A stretch of DNA of 64,000 nucleotides from a phage. Under the pieces are notes generated by a model. The model was given only the letters and a program-made list of their open reading frames with translations. It searched no databases and had not been told where the DNA came from. This document shows, piece after piece, positions 29,570-38,853 of the stretch; the stretch's first letter is position 1; each line of letters opens with the position of its first letter. The stretch is taken from the sequence record PZ452608.1; one strand, given 5' to 3'. A program made the translations under genes and the position numbers.

Positions 29570-31351
29570 ATGACTAAATCACTTTATGCAGTACCAGCAG
29601 GTTTAAATGCAGATGCTTACAAATCTGGTCATGTTTACCAGTATCCTAGTGCAACAGAATACTTGATGTTCAACCTGACACCACGTAGTGATAAATGGTT
29701 TAACAGCCCTTTAGCAATTGACGGTGTAGTGGCTTTTGGTATTCAACGTTTTGTTAAAGATTACTTGATAGACCACTGGAACGCCACTTTCTTTGAACGT
29801 GATAAAAAAGAAGCCATTGATGAAATCTTAGAAGTCATGAATGGTGTTCTGGGTAAAGATGCTATCGGTCGAGAGCATTGGGAAGCACTTCACGACTTAG
29901 GTTATCTACCAGTTGAAGTATACGCTGTAGAAGAAGGTACAGTTGTCCCTATGCGTGTCCCAATGATTGTCTTCCAGAACACTGTTTCAGGTTTCCATTG
30001 GGTAGCGGGATATCTGGAAGATGCTTTCTCTGCTGAGATTTGGAAGGCTTGTACCATTGCAACTATTGCATTGCATTATAAACGCATCTGTAAGAAGTGG
30101 GCTGACCTTACTTGCGACAATGACTTACATTTACCTTATCAGTGCCATGACTTTGCTATGCGTGGTATGTCCGGCTTTACTGATGACGCATTTAACGCTG
30201 TAGGCCACTTAACCAGCTTTAAAGGGACTGATAGCTTCCCTGCTGTATATACAGCTAAACGCATCTACGGACAGTCTTACCCAGTCTCTGATATTGGTGG
30301 TTCTGTACCAGCCACTGAACACTCTGTAATGTGTGCAAACATTGCTTGGGAAGGTGGTAATGAGTTGGTTGAAGAAGAAAGACGCTTTAAAGGTGAGTTG
30401 CAAACCTTCCGTCGCTTCTTAACAGAAACTTATCCAACTGGTATTGCAAGTATTGTTTCAGATACTTATAACTTCTGGAGAACTGTGTCAGAAATCTTAC
30501 CAGCACTCCGTAAAGAAATTATGGAACGTGACGGTAAACTGGTGATTCGTCCTGATTCTGGAGACCCTGTACATATTGTCACAGGTTATAAAGCAATCCA
30601 CTTAGAATGTGCTAAGAAGGCTTATTACGAGCACCTAAGCAAGCTGGAAGCCAGTGACACAATGCTGAATGCTGTTCTGAACATGAAGCTTGAAAATATC
30701 AGCTATGGTATTGCTGGATGGCTACTGTCAGAAGGCTACGAAATGGTTGTTGACAGAGAAGACTTTGAAGTTGCTGACACAGTGATGTTGAAAAATGCTT
30801 ATATGGTTGGTTCTGCAAACGTTGTAACACGTCCTGTAGCTGAGATTGATGGAGCTATTAAGACTCTGTATAACATCTTTGGAGGAACTATTAACTCTAA
30901 AGGTTTTAAGGTACTGGATGAGCACATTGGACTTATCTATGGCGACTCTATCACGTTGGAACGTGCAAACGAAATCCTGAAGCGTCTGTATGAAATGGGG
31001 TTTGCAAGCTCTAACGTGGTGTTTGGTGTAGGCTCTTACACTTACCAGTACATGACTCGTGACACCTTTGCATTTGCTGTCAAAGCAACTCTTGCAAGCA
31101 TTGGTGGCAAAGAGATTATGCTTGCAAAAGACCCTAAAACAGATAGTGGTGTTAAGAAATCTGCCTTTGGTGGTGTAGCACCTATGTGGGATGGTGAGAA
31201 TTTGAAAGCTGTAGATGGCTATGGATTCCAGAGCTTTGCAGATGCACTTGAACATCCAGCTTGTGCTTTACGTTTAGTCTTTAGCGACTCTGAGCAGTAC
31301 GGTTACACAACTCTTGGTGATATTCGAAATAATATTGACAAGCAGCTTTAA
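29570..31351 (+). CDS. nicotinamide phosphoribosyltransferase family protein (NadV/NAMPT-like)
   Basis: ADAYKSGHVYQYP, HDFAMRGMSG (DFGxRG), FKGTDSF motifs of the NAMPT family; 593 aa. Confidence 0.7.
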   Translation: MTKSLYAVPAGLNADAYKSGHVYQYPSATEYLMFNLTPRSDKWFNSPLAIDGVVAFGIQRFVKDYLIDHWNATFFERDKKEAIDEILEVMNGVLGKDAIGREHWEALHDLGYLPVEVYAVEEGTVVPMRVPMIVFQNTVSGFHWVAGYLEDAFSAEIWKACTIATIALHYKRICKKWADLTCDNDLHLPYQCHDFAMRGMSGFTDDAFNAVGHLTSFKGTDSFPAVYTAKRIYGQSYPVSDIGGSVPATEHSVMCANIAWEGGNELVEEERRFKGELQTFRRFLTETYPTGIASIVSDTYNFWRTVSEILPALRKEIMERDGKLVIRPDSGDPVHIVTGYKAIHLECAKKAYYEHLSKLEASDTMLNAVLNMKLENISYGIAGWLLSEGYEMVVDREDFEVADTVMLKNAYMVGSANVVTRPVAEIDGAIKTLYNIFGGTINSKGFKVLDEHIGLIYGDSITLERANEILKRLYEMGFASSNVVFGVGSYTYQYMTRDTFAFAVKATLASIGGKEIMLAKDPKTDSGVKKSAFGGVAPMWDGENLKAVDGYGFQSFADALEHPACALRLVFSDSEQYGYTTLGDIRNNIDKQL

Positions 31352-31365
31352 AAGTATATGATAAG

Positions 31366-31387
31366 AGGCTCCTACGGGAGCCTTTTT
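31366..31387 (+). terminator. intrinsic terminator
   Basis: GGCTCC-TACG-GGAGCC then TTTTT. Confidence 0.55.
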
Positions 31388-31404
31388 AATTTCTGGAGAA
31401 GATT

Positions 31405-31740
31405 ATGAAAATCAAAGAGATGAACATCAACATTGTCTTAGAAGAACGTTGGGAGAATATTAAGAAACCTGAAGATGGTAAAAAGTTCCTTAACAAAATT
31501 TTAGTAGCAGCTAAAGAAGAACTGAATGGCAAGATTGCAGCAGCAGTCACAATAAAAGTTTGTGTAAAAGGTCTTCCAGACAACCACCAATTTGCGCTTG
31601 ACGAGTTTAAAAAAAGCTTCTACAATCCAAACAAACAGATGCTTGAAAGTAACTTTGCAGTATCTACAAGTATCGTCCATGACAGAAGCTTTATCCTTTA
31701 CAAAAATATGAGAGGTGAGTCATGCAAGCATATTGGATAG
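31405..31740 (+). CDS. hypothetical protein
   Basis: 111-aa ORF. Confidence 0.4.
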   Translation: MKIKEMNINIVLEERWENIKKPEDGKKFLNKILVAAKEELNGKIAAAVTIKVCVKGLPDNHQFALDEFKKSFYNPNKQMLESNFAVSTSIVHDRSFILYKNMRGESCKHIG

Positions 31741-31898
31741 AAATTTTACTGTCACTTGGTAGCGTAGCAGTATTTGTTTACCTTCTTTGCAAGTACTATG
31801 CAGAGTACAAGAAGTGTGATTACTGCAATGGGGAAGGGTATACAAGAGCAGGTTGTTGCCCTATGTGTGGTGGTTCTGGTAAAATGTTTAATAAGTAA
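31722..31898 (+). CDS. small membrane-anchored zinc-finger protein (57 aa)
   Basis: Not in ORF track; N-terminal hydrophobic segment then CDYCNGEG...CPMCGGSG (two CxxCxGxG repeats); AGAGGTGAG RBS. Confidence 0.3.
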   Translation: MQAYWIEILLSLGSVAVFVYLLCKYYAEYKKCDYCNGEGYTRAGCCPMCGGSGKMFNK

Positions 31899-31926
31899 TT
31901 TAACAGTAAACTAAGAGGAAAGTATT

Positions 31927-34293
31927 ATGCGCATGGTAAATGACCACGCAGAAGTGATTAAGAGTTCAACTTCTTTAGAGACGTCTCAAGCACAGATTAC
32001 AATGACACCTGAGATGTTCAGCCTTTTGAGTTCTGGTGTATATACCTTTAAAGAAAGGGCAGTGATTCGTGAACTGTCATGTAACGCAGTAGATGCTCAG
32101 AAAGAAGCTGGAAAAGAGAACATTCCGTTCCATGTGCATTTACCTACTCGTTTTGAGCCTTACTTTGAAGTTCGTGATTTTGGAACTGGATTGACTCATG
32201 ATAAAGTTATGAGTTTGTACCTAAACTACGGGGCTTCTACGAAGAATGACTCTAATGACTACATTGGTGCAATGGGTATCGGCTCAAAATCCCCATTTGC
32301 AATTGCTCAGTCATTCACAGTATCTAGCTATGTTGATGGTGTTGTTAATAAGTACTCTGTTTATCTTGAGAATGGTATCCCTCAAGTAACTAAGCTGACC
32401 ACTAACCCAACAAAAGAACCTAATGGTTTAGCTGTACGTGTGGCAGTTGCTGACCACCGTATCTCAAAGTTCTTTGAAGAAGCTGGAAATGTGTACTCAT
32501 ACTTCACTGTAAAACCAGAAAGTAATATTGAGTACGACGATGTATTAGCAGATATGAACGTCATTGCCCGTGAAGAAGGTGTTTATGATGCCATGATTCA
32601 TAAGCAAAGCTGGCGTTCTAGTGGTAACAGGACAGAGTTTAATGTGGTGATGGGTAATATTGCCTATCCAGTGAACATGGAAGCATTACTTGGTGATGAT
32701 TTCTTCAAAGTCTTGCCAGAGTTTTTCCGTAGGAGCGTAGACCTTGTAAACATCTACATGCCTATTGGTTCAGTTGCTATAGCAGCTTCTCGTGAAGCAT
32801 TGCAGATGAATGATACGACAAAAAATGTTATCATCGAGGCTACCAAAAAGATAACTGAAGCAATTACAAAGGATGTTATCAAGAAAGTTAATAGCCAACC
32901 TACACTCATGGATGCTGCACAGGCTTATGCAGAGCTACGTTTGAACTCACGAGAGATGTTTAATGCTGTGTGTCCAAAGCTAGAGTGGGGAGGCATTAAG
33001 CTTGATTCTCTGGAAGAAGAATTGTTAAACATTCGTCGTGGAATTATCTACGCAGAAGACGGCTCAGTCATTTATGAACGTGACGGTAAAGGCAATATTA
33101 AGGTTGATAGGAACGGGAACAATATCCCTAAAGTAGATTATCTTTATGACCCAGTTGCTTATGTCAAGTTCAACTCTTTAGAGAGTAAGATTCGTGCAAC
33201 AGCACTTTCCTACACTCAAGAGGCAAGCATGTTCAATATCTTTGGTGCAATGCGTAAAAGCCAAATTGAACAGTTTTTGTTCGTGATTAATGACCGTCGC
33301 AATAAAAACGGTACTGAGAAGACTGTAGGACGCAATCAAATTTTGCGTGGTGCATGTCGAGACTACGCCAGTGAGTCAAATCTGTTTCACAGATACAATG
33401 GTATTGTCTTTGTATTCTCGACTGAAAAAGAGTTAGATGATTTAATCAATCTACACAAACTTGATAAAAGCTTGTTAAAGATTGTGAAGATGTCTGATAA
33501 GGAACACCACTATCAGCGTAAAGAAGCTGTAAGGGGTGTTGTAAAACTCTGGAAAGCTGTTCCAGCAGAAACTAAAGCTTCATACAAAGAGGTGTCAGAA
33601 GACTTAGACACAATTGAAGAGCCTCAGCTTTATATTAAGGCAGTAGGTGACACAGTTGATGGTAGATGTTTTTGCTCATCTCCAGAGGATGTAGCTAAGT
33701 CAGTTGCTAATGTTACAGGCAAGACAGTCTATGTTTTCCGAAAAGCAAATTGGAAAAAGATACCAGAAGACTGGATTGAAGTAGATGAGAAGCTCTTGAA
33801 CGACAGCTTAACTGATGTTCATTGGATTAACCATAACAGGTATATGACACGCATCTACATGGATGGTGTCCTCGACCTTACAAGCAGTTGGATTATTGCC
33901 AGAAACTTTACGTTCAATAACAGGAAGATTTCTCGCGGGTATTGTTATTCAAGGGATACTATTAAGACAATCTTCTTAGAAGGGAATGAAGATGCTGTTG
34001 AGGCAATGTTCGGTAAGATTCAGTATGTGGCTGCACCGTTTGCATACACTTACACTATCAGTGTTCTTCAGGATTTGAAGTCATGCCTTGATAATGACAC
34101 AAAACTGTACAAAAAGATTAAAAAAGCAGGTGACCGCATGGTTATCAAGCTGACAAACTATCTTTCAAAAAGAAAACAAGAAAACTTCTTGCTTTCACAC
34201 TTAGATTGGAATAAAGTATCACCTATCGAAGTGAGTAAGTTTTTAGGCTTTAATGTGAAATGTGTTCCAGAAGGTACAACAATTTACGATTAA
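31927..34293 (+). CDS. GHKL-ATPase domain protein, rIIA-like
   Basis: Bergerat-fold motifs: N-box ELSCNAVDA, G1 DFGTGL, G2 GIGSKS; 788 aa followed by a 369-aa partner. Confidence 0.45.
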   Translation: MRMVNDHAEVIKSSTSLETSQAQITMTPEMFSLLSSGVYTFKERAVIRELSCNAVDAQKEAGKENIPFHVHLPTRFEPYFEVRDFGTGLTHDKVMSLYLNYGASTKNDSNDYIGAMGIGSKSPFAIAQSFTVSSYVDGVVNKYSVYLENGIPQVTKLTTNPTKEPNGLAVRVAVADHRISKFFEEAGNVYSYFTVKPESNIEYDDVLADMNVIAREEGVYDAMIHKQSWRSSGNRTEFNVVMGNIAYPVNMEALLGDDFFKVLPEFFRRSVDLVNIYMPIGSVAIAASREALQMNDTTKNVIIEATKKITEAITKDVIKKVNSQPTLMDAAQAYAELRLNSREMFNAVCPKLEWGGIKLDSLEEELLNIRRGIIYAEDGSVIYERDGKGNIKVDRNGNNIPKVDYLYDPVAYVKFNSLESKIRATALSYTQEASMFNIFGAMRKSQIEQFLFVINDRRNKNGTEKTVGRNQILRGACRDYASESNLFHRYNGIVFVFSTEKELDDLINLHKLDKSLLKIVKMSDKEHHYQRKEAVRGVVKLWKAVPAETKASYKEVSEDLDTIEEPQLYIKAVGDTVDGRCFCSSPEDVAKSVANVTGKTVYVFRKANWKKIPEDWIEVDEKLLNDSLTDVHWINHNRYMTRIYMDGVLDLTSSWIIARNFTFNNRKISRGYCYSRDTIKTIFLEGNEDAVEAMFGKIQYVAAPFAYTYTISVLQDLKSCLDNDTKLYKKIKKAGDRMVIKLTNYLSKRKQENFLLSHLDWNKVSPIEVSKFLGFNVKCVPEGTTIYD

Positions 34294-34372
34294 AGTGTTT
34301 GACAAGGGGCTTTGAAGCCCCTTAGAATAGCCTCACAAATTGATTGATTAACTAACAAGAGAGAGTAATAAG

Positions 34373-35482
34373 ATGACTACTAAAACTAAAGCACAGATTG
34401 ACGCAGAAATTTACAAACTGGTTAAAGAAGGTAAGCTGACTAAAACAGCTATTGCACAGAAGTTCAATACTTCAACCCGTTCAGTTGGTCGTGCTGTAGA
34501 GCGTCATGAAGCAACCTTAAAAGGCAAGAAGAAGGCAACTTCTACACCAGCTACGAAGACTTTGAAACAAGTTGCTAAGACTTTTAAAAAGAAAGCTGGC
34601 AAACCAGTTGAAAAGGTCGTTAAAGACACTGTACAGAAAGCTCCAGTAAATAAACTGCACGAAGCTATGCAGAAAGATGACAAGATTGAGTACATGATTA
34701 CTGGTGATTCTGTAATTATGACTTATGGTTCAGAATCTGAAATTGTTGAGTCTACTCATCCGAACTATCAAGAGATTGTAGTTCATGTTGTGAAAGGTGA
34801 GTTCAAGAAAGCATTTGAACTGATGAACATTCGTAAGTCTATCGAAAACTTCACTCAGGGTGCTATCACAATCAAAGGCGACAAGCTATTCTACGGTGCT
34901 GTTGAGATGCGTTCTACTCTGGTTGACCGTATTCTTCACATGATGAAAACTGGCGATAAAGGTTTTGAACGACTTGTAATGTTCTTCGAAAAACTGATGG
35001 AAAACCCATCTAAAGATTCTGTAGAACAACTTTGGGGATTTGTATCTCACCTTGATGTTGAAATTGATGAAGAAGGCTACATCATTGGTTGGAAGAAAGT
35101 CTCTACTCGTGAAGGCAAGCTGGTTGACTCTCACACCTACAAAGTGCCTAATGATTTGGGTAACATTGTAGAAATGCCACGTTGGATGGTTGATAATAAC
35201 CGTAACGTAACTTGCTCTCAAGGTCTTCATGTTGGTGCTTGGGATTATGTTCGTTGCTTCTCAGGTGATACAATCCTGAAGGTTCGCGTACATCCACGAG
35301 ATGTTGTATCTGTTCCAACTGATTACAATGATATGAAGATGCGTTCCTCTCGTTATGAAGTTGCAGCAATCGTTGATAATCAACGTAAAGTGCTGGAAGC
35401 ATGGGACGGTAAGACTGAAGCTTTGCATGTCATCGTTGGCACTGCTGGTGAACTCATCTCTCAACGTAAACGTGAAATCTAA
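34373..35482 (+). CDS. hypothetical protein (possible rIIB-like partner)
   Basis: 369-aa ORF immediately downstream of rIIA-like gene; assignment by position only. Confidence 0.3.
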   Translation: MTTKTKAQIDAEIYKLVKEGKLTKTAIAQKFNTSTRSVGRAVERHEATLKGKKKATSTPATKTLKQVAKTFKKKAGKPVEKVVKDTVQKAPVNKLHEAMQKDDKIEYMITGDSVIMTYGSESEIVESTHPNYQEIVVHVVKGEFKKAFELMNIRKSIENFTQGAITIKGDKLFYGAVEMRSTLVDRILHMMKTGDKGFERLVMFFEKLMENPSKDSVEQLWGFVSHLDVEIDEEGYIIGWKKVSTREGKLVDSHTYKVPNDLGNIVEMPRWMVDNNRNVTCSQGLHVGAWDYVRCFSGDTILKVRVHPRDVVSVPTDYNDMKMRSSRYEVAAIVDNQRKVLEAWDGKTEALHVIVGTAGELISQRKREI

Positions 35483-35498
35483 TAAGTAATTTCTTAAA

Positions 35499-35522
35499 AG
35501 GCTGCTTCGGCGGCCTTTTTTA
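35499..35522 (+). terminator. intrinsic terminator (UUCG tetraloop)
   Basis: GGCTGC-TTCG-GCGGCC then TTTTTT. Confidence 0.55.
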
Positions 35523-35582
35523 TTTGTATTTTGTGCAGAGTGCTGTATAATTGATGTCACGATAAACTAAACAGGAGAACCA

Positions 35583-36131
35583 ATGAAGAAATTGATTCTA
35601 GGTTTGTGCTTAATGTTTACAGCACACTTATCTTATGCAGTTGACTGCCCAGAACTATCAATTAGCCAAAAAGTGAACATGTTAAAAGCTTACCAGTATG
35701 GTGAGAATAACATGGGTAAAGGTTGGGGTATCACTCTAGCAGCTATAGCCTTACAAGAGTCAGAGTTAGGTCTGAAGGTAGAAAATAAAAAGACCCATGA
35801 CTATGGTATCTTCCAGAATCACTTGAAGACTGTTGTAAAGCGTAACAAAATTAGTCCTAATGTTGCTAAAAAGAAACTCTTAAAAGATTTTGACTATGCC
35901 GCAAAAGAAACACATAAAGAGCTTGAGTTTTGGACGAAGGTGCATGGTCACCCAAAGTCAAAGAAGACTTTACAAAAAGTTTTAGCATCATATAATGCTG
36001 GGTATTCGTACAGAATCCCTAAAGCTAAGAAATATTCTCAAGATGTCTATAACAACATGAAAGTTATTGCTCAATGTGAATTTGCAACAAACATTTCTAA
36101 GGTAAACCATGAAAAAATTAAAAAAGTCTGA
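35583..36131 (+). CDS. secreted lytic transglycosylase-like protein
   Basis: Signal peptide MKKLILGLCLMFTAHLSYA; ALQESELG...YGIFQ resembles SLT-domain catalytic region. Confidence 0.4.
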   Translation: MKKLILGLCLMFTAHLSYAVDCPELSISQKVNMLKAYQYGENNMGKGWGITLAAIALQESELGLKVENKKTHDYGIFQNHLKTVVKRNKISPNVAKKKLLKDFDYAAKETHKELEFWTKVHGHPKSKKTLQKVLASYNAGYSYRIPKAKKYSQDVYNNMKVIAQCEFATNISKVNHEKIKKV

Positions 36132-36804
36132 TGAAGTCCTGTGCCACGCTTATGACTTACATCCTCATGAGTTAGGTCTTGATTCCTGTGTATGGACTCC
36201 AGAACAGTGTAGGGATTTTGAAGACACTGCAAGAGAAGTTGTATGTTCACTGGAAGAGTTCCACACATCAGAACCAATTGTGAACGTTGTGGACAAAGAG
36301 ACTGGACAAACTATAGGTGTAAGGCGCGATAGTTTAGTCATAGTCAATAAAGACCTTGTAGAAAAAGGTAACCTCATCTTAGCAGATATTGATGGTGTTC
36401 TTACAAATTTTAATCACGAAGATTGCTCAACGGAATTGACTGATGGGTCATTCTCACAGTACACTAATCTTCTTGATTCTGTAAGAGCAAAGCCAACATA
36501 TGTTTTCAACATTATTGATGCAATTGCAAATCATGCAGCAGTTGGACTCTTGACAGCAAGAGGTGAATCTCAGAGAATACCTACTGAGATGTTTTTAAGG
36601 CACAATATAGAGCATGATTACTTGCTTTTTATGCGTGGTTTTGGAACTAACTCTATAAGTGCAGAAAGTTTGAAAGTGAGGATGATTCAGTCTTGCATTC
36701 TTCCTTACTTTAATATAGTATGCTTTATAGAAGATACAGAGAATAATGTTCAGAAGGTAAACAGAATCCTTCCACACATTAAAACTATGTTAGTTAAACA
36801 TTGA
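36109..36804 (+). CDS. HAD-family phosphatase-like protein (possible 5'-nucleotidase)
   Basis: HAD motif I ADIDGVLT. Confidence 0.4.
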   Translation: MKKLKKSDEVLCHAYDLHPHELGLDSCVWTPEQCRDFEDTAREVVCSLEEFHTSEPIVNVVDKETGQTIGVRRDSLVIVNKDLVEKGNLILADIDGVLTNFNHEDCSTELTDGSFSQYTNLLDSVRAKPTYVFNIIDAIANHAAVGLLTARGESQRIPTEMFLRHNIEHDYLLFMRGFGTNSISAESLKVRMIQSCILPYFNIVCFIEDTENNVQKVNRILPHIKTMLVKH

Positions 36805-36815
36805 GAGAAGAACTT

Positions 36816-37280
36816 ATGAACAATATCATTACGGTAGCACTGGACGATACGGCAAACAAATCTGAAGTAGTTCGTAAAATGATTCAAGGTAACTTTGAAG
36901 GTAAAATTTTCCGTGCTGTTAATGTAAAAGCTGATGGTAGCATTCGCGAATATCGTGCATTGTTGAACGTTAAGAAGCACGTAAAAGGTGTTGGTTCAAC
37001 GACTGCACACAAAGAAAACCTGATGACTATCTATGATATGGGTAAGGCTTCAGAGTTAGGTGCTGAGGGTATCGTTAAAGAAGGTGCTCCGTATCGCTCT
37101 TTCAATCTGGAAACTACTCTTATGCTTTCCTTTACAAGTGGTTCCAAAACAATCACTTATCTCTTTACTGATGCTGCAACGGTATCTGCTATTAAGGATA
37201 GCACTGTCAAAGCTGGCGTAGTTGCTGCTGCAAAAGCTTCTTCGATGGCTGCGAATATCCTTGCTAAAGTCCTCGGTTAA
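36816..37280 (+). CDS. hypothetical protein
   Basis: ATG start (track start is TTG); followed by terminator. Confidence 0.4.
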   Translation: MNNIITVALDDTANKSEVVRKMIQGNFEGKIFRAVNVKADGSIREYRALLNVKKHVKGVGSTTAHKENLMTIYDMGKASELGAEGIVKEGAPYRSFNLETTLMLSFTSGSKTITYLFTDAATVSAIKDSTVKAGVVAAAKASSMAANILAKVLG

Positions 37281-37292
37281 GGTTAAGATACA

Positions 37293-37313
37293 GGCTCCTT
37301 CGGGAGCCTTTTT
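37293..37313 (+). terminator. intrinsic terminator (UUCG tetraloop)
   Basis: GGCTCC-TTCG-GGAGCC then TTTTT. Confidence 0.55.
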
Positions 37314-37332
37314 CATTTCAGGAGATTGTTAA

Positions 37333-37680
37333 ATGACATTTAAAGAGTTCTGTCAAGCTACTTTCATAGTTGTTTTCTTAGTTGGGGCAGGTGTCTGGGG
37401 AGGATACTCTTACAGAGACTACCAAGTTGCTGAAACTGAGCTAAACAATGAGAAGCTGATAAGTGTTGCTAAAGATGCTTATCAGGAAGGATTAGCTACA
37501 CTGAGCACCAATTACAAAAATGATTTGAAAGATGTGCTTGCTAAGAATAAGCACACAAAAGAGGTACTAACGTATGAAAAAACTAAGCCAGAGTTTTATA
37601 ATGTTTGTGTTACTGATAATTATGTCAGGGTGTTCAACGAACAAAGTGAACAGTACATTCAAAAACTCCCAAGTAAGTGA
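37333..37680 (+). CDS. membrane-anchored protein, candidate i-spanin
   Basis: N-terminal TM (FIVVFLVGAGVWGG) plus helical periplasmic-type region; overlapped out of frame by a lipoprotein gene. Confidence 0.35.
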   Translation: MTFKEFCQATFIVVFLVGAGVWGGYSYRDYQVAETELNNEKLISVAKDAYQEGLATLSTNYKNDLKDVLAKNKHTKEVLTYEKTKPEFYNVCVTDNYVRVFNEQSEQYIQKLPSK

Positions 37681-37843
37681 GGGTGACAAGTACACTCAAG
37701 AAGAATCACGGTATATCATCAAAGGTAACACAGGCAGTGATGTAGCAGCAGCACTTGAGTTCTACCGTGACGGCTTTTACCAGTGTACAATTAAAGCTAA
37801 TAACCTTATTGACATGATTTTATTAGGGAATAAGCAGCAATGA
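37574..37843 (+). CDS. lipoprotein, candidate o-spanin
   Basis: Signal peptide with lipobox LLIIMSGC; starts inside the 3' end of 37333-37680 in another frame. Confidence 0.35.
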   Translation: MKKLSQSFIMFVLLIIMSGCSTNKVNSTFKNSQVSEGDKYTQEESRYIIKGNTGSDVAAALEFYRDGFYQCTIKANNLIDMILLGNKQQ

Positions 37844-38109
37844 CAGAGAATCAAGACACTTTCTATGTAGAAGGTTACTTACTGTTGCCACGACCAAAAG
37901 AAACTTATATGCGAATTGATTTCTTACCAACCATTATGGATAATGTGATGTGTCATATCTTTATGCAAGGTGTCACAGCACAGCTTAAGCATGTTGGTAA
38001 AGATTGCAAAATAAAGGTTGACACTCATCCAGAAATCAAAGAGAATCACTACACATGGTTCTTACCAGATTCTAAAGAAATCTTAGCAGTTCTTAAAACG
38101 AGGAAGTAA
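37840..38109 (+). CDS. hypothetical protein
   Basis: 89-aa ORF. Confidence 0.35.
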   Translation: MTENQDTFYVEGYLLLPRPKETYMRIDFLPTIMDNVMCHIFMQGVTAQLKHVGKDCKIKVDTHPEIKENHYTWFLPDSKEILAVLKTRK

Positions 38110-38111
38110 CT

Positions 38112-38435
38112 ATGCAGATTAATGGAAGAGACTTTGTAGCCGTTTACTACGAGAAAGATAAAGAAGTTGGCGTAGCGCAAGTATCTTATGGCAATGGTGG
38201 GTGGCTATATGGAACAATCGCAGTAGTTGGAACGAGAAGTGATACAAAAACTTTTAAAGATTGTGTTGACCTTCTTGAAGAATCCATTCAGAATCATTGG
38301 TGTCTGATATGGATGACTGACAACGAAGTGATAGAACGCTTCAAAAAGGTTGATATCAACATTGATAGTATTGAGCATGTTGATTTATATGAGCTAACTG
38401 AGAAGGTAAATTATGAAAGCTCTAGAGGTAATTGA
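38112..38435 (+). CDS. hypothetical protein
   Basis: 107-aa ORF. Confidence 0.35.
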   Translation: MQINGRDFVAVYYEKDKEVGVAQVSYGNGGWLYGTIAVVGTRSDTKTFKDCVDLLEESIQNHWCLIWMTDNEVIERFKKVDINIDSIEHVDLYELTEKVNYESSRGN

Positions 38436-38640
38436 TAAAGATACTGGAGAAGTCGTATCTGCATGTGTTTTCATGAGCGATGACACAGTAATACCGTTTT
38501 ACAATCTTGATGGTTTTAGTTTTACAGGGATAACTCCAGAAGAATACTTTGAAGACCTTACCTTTGCCAGAATTTCTATAGATACATTCTATAAATGCTT
38601 CTATGATGAAGGTAAAGAATTACGAGAAACTGAACTATAA
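38413..38640 (+). CDS. hypothetical protein
   Basis: 75-aa ORF. Confidence 0.3.
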   Translation: MKALEVIDKDTGEVVSACVFMSDDTVIPFYNLDGFSFTGITPEEYFEDLTFARISIDTFYKCFYDEGKELRETEL

Positions 38641-38652
38641 GGTGTATGTTAT

Positions 38653-38853
38653 ATGGCTGACTTCTGCAAAGACTGTTCTATAGAAATGTTTGGACGTGAT
38701 ACAGGTGACTTAAAAGGTCTTATCACTGAAGATGACTTTAAAGCTGGCTATGCAATGCCAGTAATCTGTGAAGGTTGTGGATGTATCTGGGTAGACCATG
38801 AGGGGCAACGTGTAAAACCTTCAGAAGATAAAGAATCTTGGGAGAGATGTTAA
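38653..38853 (+). CDS. small zinc-ribbon protein
   Basis: CKDC...CEGCGC cysteine pairs. Confidence 0.3.
   Translation: MADFCKDCSIEMFGRDTGDLKGLITEDDFKAGYAMPVICEGCGCIWVDHEGQRVKPSEDKESWERC

Noticed and set aside
36109-36804. Possible NMN adenylyltransferase partner for the NAMPT-like gene among neighbouring ORFs
   Set aside because: No (H/T)xGH nucleotidyltransferase motif was seen in flanking ORFs; 36109-36804 carries a HAD DxDGV motif instead and 27845-28360 looks HNH-like.
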